64,000 nt of DNA from positions 8,367,962-8,431,961 of the forward strand of contig CAVNZM010000007.1 in assembly GCA_963693365.1 (NCBI GenBank), given 5' to 3'. Under the pieces are notes generated by a model, which did not search any database, had not been told where the DNA came from, and saw only the letters and a list, made by a program, of their open reading frames with translations. Source of the stretch: Amoebidium appalachense (lineage: Eukaryota > Protista > Ichthyosporea). Below are positions 44,561 to 57,029 of the stretch, in pieces. The translations under genes were made by a program, and so were the position numbers. Position 1 is the stretch's first letter. Each line of letters begins with the position of its first letter.

Positions 44561-45235
44561 TACTGCAGATTCCTCTCATACATAAGCATGATCACACTGT
44601 GCATCTGTGCCTCTTCCAATAATATTCCACATGCATGCACTAACACACGGGCAATGTCATGCTTCAGATTCATGATATCATATATATATAAACATGGTTA
44701 TTTGCACACGACTGTGACAACAGGAACTAGTTTAACACGTAGTTGCACAATTTTTTTTATTGACTGGCTCTTGTTTATCTTTCAATCATTGGAGTAAGCC
44801 TTCTTTTTCGAAGTCGAGGTAATTGCAAACAACATGCATACAGTCACGTACGGGGTCTATAATTATTTGATTTAGCACTCACCAAAAAAATAAGAGTTGG
44901 AAACAATACACACTGTGCCCCACTCACGGTACATAACAGACTTCCCGAATCAGGACAGTGTACTGTAACATGTCACGATGTTTTATAGCTTAGTTAGAGC
45001 CAGCCTTTAGAGCCACTTATCGGTCCAGCCGATAATCATATTACGCAAGCGTCAACATCCCCCCCCCCCCCCCCCCCCCCCCCCATTCAACAAAAAAAGA
45101 GAAGGGTAAAGACAAATGCTTGAGGAAGCAGTGCCGCATAGTAACTTCCCGGTAGAAACCATCGATTCATTCCACGAGAAGAGGGACCATAATCTGATGC
45201 TTACAAGTTAAACAATACAATTGCACACCGCGAAG

Positions 45236-45269
<34 letters not shown>

Positions 45270-45414
45270 AAAAAAAAAAAAACGCTAGAATGTCAGACTA
45301 CGTACGTCTTAGAAGGGGGAGGTGGAGTTCTTGTTTGTGTTGGTGCTGGTGGTGGTGTACGTGTGTGAATTTTGGGTGTGTTTGTGTATACGCAGGGGGG
45401 AAAAGGGGGAGGAG

Positions 45415-45449
<35 letters not shown>

Positions 45450-45603
45450 GAGAGGGGGGGGGGGGGGGGGGGGAGCAGAAACAATCTCATTAATCCCAAC
45501 AATACGGAGCTGAAGCAATTAAATGATCTACAATCACAACCGTAGCTGCATTCTCGTGATTACTCAGAGGGTGTTGGTGTCTACTCGTCCTTTTTAAGAA
45601 CCT

Positions 45604-45636
<33 letters not shown>

Positions 45637-45751
45637 AAAAAACAAGCCATCAGGAATGATTTTAAAACCAAAAAAAAGAGAGAGATTTAGAGGAGAGAGA
45701 TCGAGATTGAGAGACAGAGGGGGAGAGAGATCGAGAACGAGAGAGATCGAG

Positions 45752-45839
<88 letters not shown>

Positions 45840-46214
45840 AGGGAGGGAGGGAGAGAGAGGGAGGGAGGGAGGGAGGGAGGGAGGGAGGGAGGGAGGGAGG
45901 GAGGGAGGGAGAGAGAGGGAGAAAGATAGAGAAAGAGAGAGAGAAAGAGAGAGAGAAAGGGGGGGGGGGAAGGGGGGAGTAGGGAGGGGGGGAGAGAGAG
46001 AGAGAAGAAAAAAGCACGATCCTCTGGGTTCACCTTTACACATAATCGTGTTCGACGTTAATGCCATAACAACAACTCCCATCATATGCATAAGGAGCAG
46101 ACATGCACAAAAGAACAGCAGCAAGCAGCAAAGTCACACTTCGCACTTCGTTTTTTTCTTTTCTTGTTTCCCCCCCCCCCCCCCCCCCCCCTTCCCCTCT
46201 CAAAAAAAAAAAAA

Positions 46215-46247
<33 letters not shown>

Positions 46248-46426
46248 TCTAGAGCATGAGAAAACACTCGCGCTTTCAATTATGCCCCCCCTCCCCCTCC
46301 CCCCCCCCCCCTCTCCCCCCCCCCACCCACACACACACAAACACGCACGCACACACCACACACGAGAGGGGAAGAGAAAGGGGGAAGGGAGGGGGGAGGA
46401 GGAAACGGGAGGGGAAGGGGGGAGGA

Positions 46427-46458
<32 letters not shown>

Positions 46459-46469
46459 GGGGGGGGGAG

Positions 46470-46528
<59 letters not shown>

Positions 46529-46663
46529 TGGGGGAAGGGGGGGGAGAAGAGGGGAGAATGATCAAGAGAGGAAGAGAGAGGTAGAAACCAAGTATGCAGG
46601 GGAGGAAGAGCAAGCACCCAGCATACACTTAGCACCAGCAACCCATGCCATTTGATAGCAAGT

Positions 46664-47457
46664 CTAAGGGTCTGCCCGTACCTTTTCAACCACAGACTTT
46701 GCCTTTGTGCCGTACACATCCTCCTGACCAATCACCCTCCGCTGCTTGAACACTCGCTGCACTGGAACGGAAACCTCTCCGTCCTCCTGTGTGTGTGTAC
46801 GTGTGTACGTGTGAATATGAGTGAGCGAGACCATGCTCGCCAGTTTGAATTGACGAATAACAGTTAGATTCTTTCACGGCTACCCAAAAATAATCACAAA
46901 ATCAAAGAAGTGCCCATTCTCAAGGGGGGGCTAAGTCATCAAGAACAGTACCCACATTTCCAGCACACTCACCATTATGTCAAACTACGTCAATGGAGGA
47001 GGAGGAGGGGGTTTAGAATGCATCGCAGAGTATGAGGTACACATTCAGATTGAGAGCACAATGCAAAATTTCGAAACACACATCAAGGGTTAACACCATA
47101 AGCAGTGCCCGAAGGTCAAATGGATTACAGCCGCTAAGGACATACTCACGAGAGACTACACCGCGCAAACTCCACTCAAGCACGCACAAACAACATGCAC
47201 CAAAAGCAGATCGCCGGGGGGGGGGGGGGGGGGGGGGGGGGAGGGGGGGGGGAGAGAGAGAGAGCGCATGAAATCGACACTAATAGAGAGCAACACTTGG
47301 TTACACACCCCGTTTTCCTGCCTGCGCTGCCTCTTCCTCTCCATAATCTCCGTGATCATCTTGCTCCTGTCCACGTTCTTGAGGTAGAACTCATCCTCCT
47401 TCTTCTGCTGCGACAGCGCCAGCGCAAGCTTCTTCTCCCGCACGGCATTCTCGTACG

Positions 47458-47495
<38 letters not shown>

Positions 47496-49671
47496 CGTCT
47501 ATCACCGGTCAAAAGAGTTCTCAACACACTGGAAAGGATTCGACTACTAATGCAAACCTGTCATGGATCCCTCCCCTTCCCCCCCCCACTCCACCCCTCC
47601 TTCCCCTATCAGAGAAACACACCCCTTCCACTTCATACCAAGTAGTCCCCCCCCCCCCCCCCCCAAAAAAAAAAAAAGAAGCTTGCACACACCCATGCAC
47701 GCACGCACGCACGCGCGCGCGCACACACACATTCACACCCACCCACCCACCCACCCACACACCTCACACATGCCCCCTCCCCCTCCCCCCCACAAACACA
47801 CACACACACACCACATGGATCCACCCACCCACCCACCCACCCACACACCTCACACATGCCCCCTCCCCCTCCCCCCCCACAAACACACACACACACACAC
47901 CACATGGATCCACCCACCCACCCACCCACACACCACACATGCACCCCCCCCCCCAACACACACACCACACATACACCCCCACCAACCCTCACACACGCAC
48001 CTATGCGCTCAGTCAGGTGGTGCCACTTGAACTTGGGCAGATACTTGATGTTCCACAGGTCATCGTGGTAATAGCTGCTCTTCTTGCCCCCTGCACAGGA
48101 ACCATTATCAGAACTTCATCTTCCACAACGCCATAATGTGTTTTCTGATAACATTTCTTACCTATCTTGTTAGGTCACCCCAACCACCCATCTTTCCCTA
48201 TTCTAATGCTAAATGCAGACCATTCCCACCAGAAATATAAGAGGTACAAAGAACATGGAGAGGGGCCTAGGCAAGCTAACTCAGGGAACGGGTCGCCTTC
48301 TTATTTTCCCGTCAGCGTATACAAGGAGGGGGGTTAGAAGTGGGTAGGTAAGCGGGTGGGTGGTAACGAAAAAAGGGTGTCGAAAGAGAGGGCCAGAAGG
48401 AGAAGAGGGGAATTGCAATGGTATGAAGAGGAGGAGGGGGGGGGGGGGGGGGGAGGGGGGGGGAGGGAGTGGTCATGGAACGAAGAGGGGGGTGGGAGGG
48501 GGGAGTGGCAATAGAATGAGGGGGAGGGGGGGGGGGGGGGGGAGGGGGGGGGGGGGGGGGGGGGAGAATGCATGGTGGTAGAGCTACACAGTTCCCTCAC
48601 GGCTACTTTCTCTATGAGGCATGCAGAAACACACATTCACAAATATTTTACAATGCAATCAGATTCCCCCCCACCTCCTACCCCCTCTCCTCAAAAAAGC
48701 TAAGGTGCTCTATGCGTTTTTTCTATTTTTTCTTATTTTTTGATTAATTCTAGCTATAGATCTTATGAGTTTGATCACGTTTTGCTATAGCTACACGAAC
48801 GCAGAAGAATTTTTTTTTGCTCGCTTCTCTTTCCGCAAATATTTTATGAAGATTGTAGTTGACTAAAAGTATTTGCTAAAAAATCATTTTTAATGCACCA
48901 ACCAGTGTCGTTGGTTTGTCTATAGACCTTGAATAACCCTCCTTGAAGCCTAACGGTGGCTTTTGGTTGCTTCTTGCCGCTCTAGGTCAGGCAAGCTTTA
49001 GATCCCGTAGATCAGGGTTCGAATAGGTTCGCCTTTCTGAACCAAATAGAATTCTATGAGTCGGCGGCGCCTCGCTAACACAAAAAGCTGTTTTTCTTTT
49101 ACTTTTGGCAGTTTAATTTAATATTGTATTATATTCTACTATTTTTCTCATATTTTTGAATACTAATAAATTGTATCATTTAATGGTGCTTACGTGGATG
49201 ATTTTGGAGGGTTGACAATAACAACAGATGTGTGTGTTTTCCGGGAATGAAGCACAACGCGCCCCAAATCTAAATGAATTATACAATGGATCGCTTGTTG
49301 ACCTATCCCGTGCGATTGTTGAGGTTTTAATTAGTATTTTAACTTTATCAATCTGACGATTTTTGCCGAAGTCTAATTAGGAGCCGACCGCCCATTGCAA
49401 GTACCGATCGCTATAGAGTACTCTTTGCCCCCCCCCCCAAACACACACACCCCTACGTACCGACATTTGTGTTGTTCAGCCATGCCGCCACCCTTTTAGC
49501 CACCTTTTTGTCTGCAAACTCCACCCAGCCCTCTGTGTACTTTGTCTTTTTGTTGCCTCCAAACTTGATGCGTTTGCGCTTGGATGCCGCATCTGCAACC
49601 ACACGTACTCATGTCAGAGGCGATATTCTTCGCATTAGCCCGATGAACACTGTTTCCGACAACGGAAGCCG

Positions 49672-49720
<49 letters not shown>

Positions 49721-50887
49721 AAGGCACACACATCCACCTTCACCCAACCAAAAGAGGTAGGTCGGATGGGTGGGTGGGTGGGTGGAGGGGGGGGGGGGGG
49801 GGGGGAGGGGGGGATGAAGGGAGAGAAGGACGGGAGGGGGGGGGGGGGGGGGGGGTGGGGGGGGGTGGGGGGGGGGGGGAAGAGGTAAGAAATGAGAAGA
49901 AACGAGAGGAAAAAACAGGAGGGGAAGCAACAACCAAACAAACCAGCAAAGAGAGTAAGCAGCTTACAGATCCGATGACCATCACCTCCCCCCCCCCTCC
50001 CCCCCCCCCCCCCCCCCCCCCAAAACCCTCCCCACAGACACGCCATCACCACCACCCTTTATTCTGCCTCTCTCCATTTTCCCATTTTAGCATCCTTCTT
50101 CCCCCTCCCACCACCCATTTCCAGCTATCCTGACCAGAAGCACACCCATGTTTGCATGCATAACCCACCACCAAACCTATGCGCTCTACAACCCATCATC
50201 CTCCCCCTCCCCCCTCCCTCCCTCCCTCCTCGTAACCGGTTTGTTATGTTATATCGGCCTCCTCCCCCCCCCCCCCCCCCTACCCACACACACACAGAGA
50301 GAGAAGCACACACAAACACACACACACACACATACACACACACACACATGCAAGCACATACGCGCGCGCGCACACACACACAAACCATTGCCAGTCACAC
50401 CTCTTCTTCCCCGCAACCACCACATCTCCTACCCCGAGAACAAAATAAGACCAAATGCATCTCCCTTCCTCCCCCCTCCCCCCCCCCCCCCCCCCCCCCC
50501 CCCCCACATTCCCTCATCTTCCCCAATCCGGCCGTCACATCTCCTCCCACACAAAAAGACAGATCAACAAACCCCAAGGAAGGGAAAGCAAACAAACAAA
50601 GAGCCCCACATTCTCCCCCCCCCCCCCAAACCACCACCCACTCACCCACACCCACCCACACAAAGACCTCCCCCTACCTGCTTCTTTCCCTCAGGAACCG
50701 GGGGGAGAGGGGGGGGAGAGGGGCCAAGGCTACCAATCATTGCCCTGGAGTTACCACACCATTTTCCTTTCCCCCCCCCCCCCCCCCCCCCCTTCCTCCC
50801 CCACAGCCCTCCTCCGAAAAACCCCCTTCTTCTTCCACTTCCCACTGCTTTCCTCCTCTCACTCTTATGATGTCCACCCTCCCCCCC

Positions 50888-50918
<31 letters not shown>

Positions 50919-51043
50919 ACAACAACAAAAAAATAATAATAATAAAAAAAATAAACACACCCACCCACACACCCTACCACCACCCACCCACACACCACCA
51001 GCCCCCCGCCCACCCTCCTGCCTCCCCATCTCCCCCCACCTTC

Positions 51044-51086
<43 letters not shown>

Positions 51087-52048
51087 CACACACCACTCCC
51101 ACTCCCTCCCCAAACACGCACGCACCAGCACTCACACCACTTCCCTCCTCCTCTGCCCCCTCCCCCCCCCCCCCACACACACACACATCCCCACCCCCAC
51201 CCGCACATACACGCACACACAACCACCACCAACTAACATACACACACACACATCCCAAAACAACCCCCCTCCTCCCCCCTCCCCTCCCCTCCTCCTCCTC
51301 TTCCCCCCCCCTCTAGTATTACTGAATGCGACCCTAACAAGACGAGTGGACTGCAAACAACGCGCTCACCCTACAGTAAAAAGAAAGAAAAGATTGCCAT
51401 GCATGTTCATGTGCACTCTGACTCACCTTCTTCTTGCAGAAAGACCCTGCCGACCTCCCCATACTGGGAGAATATGTGCCTAACCTTAACCGGTTTCATG
51501 AAAGGCGGAATTCTGCTAAGGTAAATAACTCCCGTCTTTTCTACGTTCTGCTTAAATTTAACAAGCTGCTTTTTCGTCAACCCTTTCACTTTTTTCTTCT
51601 TTTTCGTTTCGGATTTTCCCTCCTCCGCTGTCCCACTTTCACTGCCACTCTCTCCGAAGCTTCCTACCCCGACATCCATGTCTATACTCTTGTCTCCCTC
51701 TTGGTCCGATTCAGCTGCCGATTCTTCCGCTTTGGGCGCAACCACCACCTTTTCCTCTTCCTTCTTTTCTGTTTCCTGGGCTATCTTCTTTTCAGTGTTT
51801 GTCGGTTGTTCCTGCTCACTAACGCTCTCCCCCCTGTTGTCATTCGATGATCTCTCATGGTCATCTACAATTTTCTTTGTACAGGTGGGTTTCTTGTCAG
51901 ATTTCTTGGATGCTTTAAAGCTCCTTCCTTTTTCTACAGGTGTATCCGGAACCGAAGCTGCAGTAGCAGCATCCTCCACCTGGTCCTCCTTGGTAACTTT
52001 CACTGATGCCTTCTTCGATGATGCCTTTTTCCCACTTGGTGGCGCCAT
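46664..52048 (-). CDS. ESF2: Pre-rRNA-processing protein ESF2 / activator of basal transcription 1 (RRM), 5 exons, ~371 aa
   Basis: Exons 51427-52048, 49461-49592, 48001-48090, 47309-47457, 46664-46786, all GT-AG and phase-compatible. Motifs: [38 protein letters not shown]...[24 protein letters not shown]. The exact C-terminus is uncertain. Confidence 0.93.
46900..47115 (-). repeat. Intronic repeat family, two diverged copies in ESF2 intron 4 (minus strand, sense to ESF2)
   Basis: Reverse complements read gggtactgttcttgatgacttagcccccccttgagaatgggcacttc (46907-46953) and gggcactgcttatgg...aatgtgtacctcatactctgcgatgcattctaaaccc (47010-47110). Confidence 0.7.
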
Positions 52049-52756
52049 CTTTCCAGAAACGAGTGGTAAACCTATGCTTGTTTTCAAAAGTGAGTGCCAA
52101 CGTGTATAAATAAGCGGCCAAGGGGTTGTTATCGATATTCGTGCCTTGCCCGTCAATCACAGAGGAGTACACAGAAACCACGTGTTCTAACAACGTGTTA
52201 CGTAATTCCCACTCTCGCCTTGCTTCAAGTAGTCTTAGGTCCTAAGTTTGTCACCTCCGTTGTGCATTTATAATCCTCCCAAGCCTCTATCACCTACTGT
52301 GCGCTAGTATCCCAAAAAGCTCTCTTAATCCCCTCCTCCCCTTTTTCGTTATGCTCTTCTCAATCTAGCAATTGTAAGTCACGATAATCACTGTAACATG
52401 GACTGAGCTCAATAGAGTTGTGTACACGTGCACCGTGTTCGTGTCCGATTCAAACGTCTCCCGAGTTTTCTGGTTCCAGATTTTAACGTCACGCATCTAC
52501 AAGATCACATTTTTATGATTTATAAACAGAATACGGCAATATACAAAAATTAACTTGTACCAATCATCCGCATTCACTGACGTCACAATCGTGTTCATGA
52601 TGGCCCCACGCCGATGTACACAGCTGGCCAAGCAAGCACACAGCTGCAGCTTGGAAGTCTTCCTTGGAACTTTTCACTGTTTGGAAGAACAAACCCGTTT
52701 TTCTTTATTGACTACAGTCTCTTCGCTCCATTTCCCCGTATATTACAATACCTACC
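52049..52756. promoter_or_regulatory. Bidirectional promoter between ESF2 and HCCS
   Basis: 708 bp of repeat-free sequence between divergent start codons, with CACGTG at 52179-52184 and 52425-52430. Confidence 0.6.
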
Positions 52757-53412
52757 ATGGGGAGCATGCTGAGCGTTGCGGCGCCGCCGCCTACCGCTGC
52801 ACCCACACAAGCAACCAACACGGAAACACAACAAGCACCAGCCAACGCCATGTCCGGTGGTTGCCCACATGCTGCTGGTCAAAGTAATGCAGCGGATAAG
52901 ATGGTCCAACATGCACAAATGGCACAGAACAAGGAGCAAAAAATGACAGGCACGGTTGCTCAAGCAGCACTTTCTGGTGGCTGCCCGCAAGCCGCCGCCC
53001 AAGCACAGGGGTTGGACCCGTCTAATAACATGTATCCTCCTAATCAGATGCCCCATCCAGAACAGACAGCACCGCTTTCCAGAGATAGAGTTACATCCTC
53101 CATCCCAAAGAGTGAGAAGGAGAACCAGTGGGTCTATCCCTCACCACAGATGTTCTTTAACGCCATGAAGAGAAAAGGCTGGGAACCGAAGGAACAGGAC
53201 ATGGATGTGGTAGTTGCCATTCACAACAATGTCAATGAACGCACGTGGGAGAAGATCAGAGCGTGGGAGAGCCTGCACCCTGAGTAAGTAAACACCCAGC
53301 AACAACGTTCTCAGTTGTTGGCCTCAGCTCATGTCCCTCATTTTCTACCGCCCTTCCTCCCTCACTTTCACGTACATGCACGCAAGCACACACACTCACG
53401 TGCGCGCGCGCG

Positions 53413-53460
<48 letters not shown>

Positions 53461-54396
53461 CCTTCATCCCTACGTCTTTTGCTCTCTCCCACCGCCCTTC
53501 TTCCCTCCCTCCTTCTCATACCCTCTGCTTCCCTTTTTTCCGTGATTGTGGTGTTTGTGGGTGTCTGCGTGTGCATGTTTTGTTCAAATACCCTCCCCCC
53601 TCCCCCCTTCCCCCCCTTGCTCCTTCATATTCCTCTGCTTCTCGTAAACTTCAGCGAGGTAAGCAAGGGGCCGGGGGGAGGGGGGGTCAGGGGAAAGGGG
53701 GGAATCGGGGGAGGGGGAAACAAACATGGCTTGTGGGGTCAAATTAGTGAAGGCAAGAGCGCAAGATGACCCTATGTTACTGGACACTAGTTGCGCTTTT
53801 GGACTGCGAGGTTTGGCCGTTGGAGATCGTGAATGGCAGTCAGTTTCTTTATTTCCATCCCCAATGTCCATTTTCTTTCTCTTGCACGCTTGCGCCTCCC
53901 CCCTTGCCCCTCCCCATCCCCCCCCCCCCCCCCCTCTCCCGCCGTTCCATCCCTACTTTCTTTCCTCCTCCCCCCCTTCCCCCCCCCCCCCCCCCCCCTC
54001 TCCCACACACACACACACTTTCTCCCCCCATCTGTCTTTTTTCCCTCTACACATGTCTCCCATAGCGCTTCCCCCCTTCCCCCCCCTCACCCCCACCCAC
54101 CCACACACACACACACAGTGTGTGAGTCCAGGTGTTTCTACCTGAAGCTGTCCTCGTACGTGCTGGTGCCTTTTTTCTCTCTCTCTAGTCTCACATTCTC
54201 CCCTGTTCCGTTCTTCCTTTCTCCCCTATGTCCTCTCCACCTCTCGATATTTTGTGGTGGTTGTGTGTGTGTGTGTGTGTGTGTGTATGTCCGCTTTGGG
54301 GAGGACTACACGCGGGGAGGCATGCATGTGGACCCTAAGTTTTAGCACAGGCAACCCCCCTTACCTCCCATTTATATACACACACACAAATACACA

Positions 54397-54437
<41 letters not shown>

Positions 54438-55120
54438 CCTACCTCTGTCCCTTCCTTTCCCTTTGCCTTTTTCGGCAGGCATGAAAAGGGCTTGGTGGCA
54501 ACGTTGTGGTGATGATGGGGCGGTAGTGATGTGTGTGTGTGTGTGAATCGGGTGTGTTGGGTGGGTGTAGGTGGATGTTTTGGGCATGGGTGTCCGTGTC
54601 TAGGTGTGTGTGTGTATGTGTCTGTATGGATGTGGGTAAGAGTGTGTACGTGTGCTTTTGGGCACAGGGGTGTGTAACTATGGTTTTTTTTTTCCGGGGG
54701 GGGGGGGGGAAGGGGGGGGGAGGGGGGTGTTTTGGGGGGGGGGGGGGGGGGGGGGGGAAGAGGTTGCAGAACAACACGGATGGCTGACCAATAATGTTGC
54801 ACACAGGACCACACCAACACTGGTGCGATTCTCTGGTAGACCAGACGACCTGACCCCCAAGGCCTGGTTTAGGTACCTTACAGGGTAGGTGCTGGCCCAG
54901 CCACCAAAGAGGGGGAGGAGGGGGTGGAGAGGGGGGGGGGGGGGGGGGTTGTTTGATATCTTGATATCATTTGGTTATATGCTTGGAATGTGAGGGTGGT
55001 GGTTATAGCTGTGCTGGGGGTGTGTGATTGGAATGATAAGTTGTAGAGTCTTGTGAAGTGCCTTGGGCAAAGCCGCAAGATATGCCTCTGGATACGCACA
55101 TGCGTGCTTGCATGTGCTGT

Positions 55121-55161
<41 letters not shown>

Positions 55162-56707
55162 TGTGTGTTCGCGGGAATGGGGGGTGCGGGGTGGGGGGAC
55201 GGGAGGAATTGATTACCCCCCCCCTTCCCGGGACCCCGAACGAGAGGGTGGGGTGGATAGGTGGCGGAGGAGGGGGAGCGTGTGTGTGTGTGTGGGGGGG
55301 GGGGGGTATGTTGCGTGTGCGAGTGCAACAAACCTTTTGTATCATTTCTTTGGGGGGGGTGGGGGTGGGGGGAGGGGAGGGGAGGGAGAGGGAGGAAGGC
55401 TCTGTGGCCGTGCAGCTACGTTCTGTACCTGATTTGGTTTCAAACAGCTATGTGGTATTAAAATTGTGTTCCGCGTTCAAAATGCTGGAAGCTAGGGGCT
55501 CATTTTGAGTTGTGCGTATGTGTGTGTGGGTGCATGTTTCATCACATGCAGACTTTCATTCCCTGGCGCTCTCTCGGTGTGTCGGTGTTGTGTGTGTTTG
55601 TGCACACACGCACATCTATGCTTCAGTCTGTTATCAAAATCTGGGCCAGTGGTATGATTTCCAGTGTTATTATACCCTTGTGATATCATACCCTTGTGTT
55701 ATTATACCCTTGTGTTATTATACCCTTGTGTATCATACCCTTGTGTTATCATACCCTTGTGTTATCATACCCTTGTGCTATCATACCCTTGTGTTATCAT
55801 ACCCTTGTGCTTGTAGAAACACGACGAAATGTTATTAACGGAGTATGGTTTTAGGCGGGAGAAGCCGTTTGACCGTCACGACTGGATAGTGGGTCGTGAT
55901 GGCAAGGAGGTGCGCTACGTCATCGACTTCTATGCTTACGACCCCAGCAACGGCATGCCCCCTACCACCCTCATCGATGCCAGGTGTGTGTAAAAACTCA
56001 TCCCCCCCCCCCCCCCCCCCCTTCCTTTGGAGGATGGGGCCTGCTTATTTTGCATACTCATGAAGGGTGGTGTGTACTCTCCATCGTGTTCGTCCGTTAT
56101 GAATGTGTACCTGGTAGTTTATAACACATTCTTACCCTTCCTTAGAATTTTATTTATTTATTTGTGTGTATGTCTCTGCCTGCCAGGGTGTGTGACGGTG
56201 GGTGATGAGTGGGTGTGAATTTGTGGGATTGTGTGTATATGTCCCCCCCACACACACACACGCATCACACGCGCGGGTATAACGCCGTGCGTGGATGCGC
56301 GCGTGCGTGCATGGGTGCATGGGTGCAGGGATGTGTGTGTTCGTTGGTGCAATAGTACCTTCATGTGCTCGGTATGTGCATGAATATTAGCTTGTGCACT
56401 TGTTTGCTCCCTCTTCCCCCATCCATTCTGCTAATTTCTTAATCCACATACGTGTTGTCGGTTTCCTGTGTACCTGCTTCCTCGCCTCTACTCACCACCT
56501 ATCACTCATTTTCACACTTTTCATGTTTTTTCCCCCCACAGACCCGCACTTGACTCAGTCGAGAGCTTTCTGGATCGTTTCCGCATGCGCTATTATGTGC
56601 TGCGCCAACGCTACTGGCCCATTCGGGTCGACCCAGCCCAGATCGCCGGCCCGGCCCAGAACCAGCAAAGTGCCCCATCTCAACCAACCCCATCGGCGGC
56701 TTCTTGA
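52757..56707 (+). CDS. HCCS: Holocytochrome c synthase (cytochrome c heme lyase), 4 exons, 299 aa
   Basis: Exons 52757-53283, 54807-54884, 55855-55983, 56542-56707 (900 nt, phase-compatible). Two GGCP heme-binding CP motifs, plus [55 protein letters not shown]. Confidence 0.96.
55663..55809. repeat. 16-bp minisatellite (~9 units) in HCCS intron 2
   Basis: tat(c/t)atacccttgtgt units in direct tandem. Confidence 0.9.
56027..56137 (+). repeat. Intronic repeat family, diverged copy in HCCS intron 3
   Basis: gaggatggggcctgcttattttgcatactc...catcgtgtt...aatgtgtacctggtagtttataacacattcttaccc, directly after a poly-C run. Confidence 0.7.
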
Positions 56708-56826
56708 GCTGTGTATTGGTGGTTGGTGTGCATATGGGTTGGGTTAGACTTGCTAAAAACAAAGCGGTGTACATGAAGTCGAGTTGTGTGGGGTAGTATC
56801 CATGGTTGCTTTTCTTTTTTTTTCTT

Positions 56827-56857
<31 letters not shown>

Positions 56858-56991
56858 GGGGGGGCTTCCAAGAAACACCGAGGGAATGGGCATGTGCTGT
56901 TTAGACTTTTGTCTGTGCACTTAGCTGGGACCCACATGTCGTCTTTTGTGGCCGGCAGTGCTGCCAATAGAGAACTTTAAAGTTCTCTATT

Positions 56992-57029
56992 ACTCCTGTG
57001 CGTAAATTTCGAAATTTACGCACAGGAGT
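56992..57029. repeat. Perfect 38-bp palindrome
   Basis: actcctgtgcgtaaatttc|gaaatttacgcacaggagt; the two arms are exact reverse complements with no spacer. Confidence 0.95.

Noticed and set aside
48975-49035. GGTTCGAAT resembling a tRNA T-loop
   Set aside because: The T-stem does not close (gggttcgaatagg) and no cloverleaf can be built.
27201-53287. In-frame stops immediately after exon 1 of PWP1 and of HCCS, as a regulatory device
   Set aside because: This follows trivially from phase-2 GTAG/GTAA donors, and the truncated products would be non-functional.
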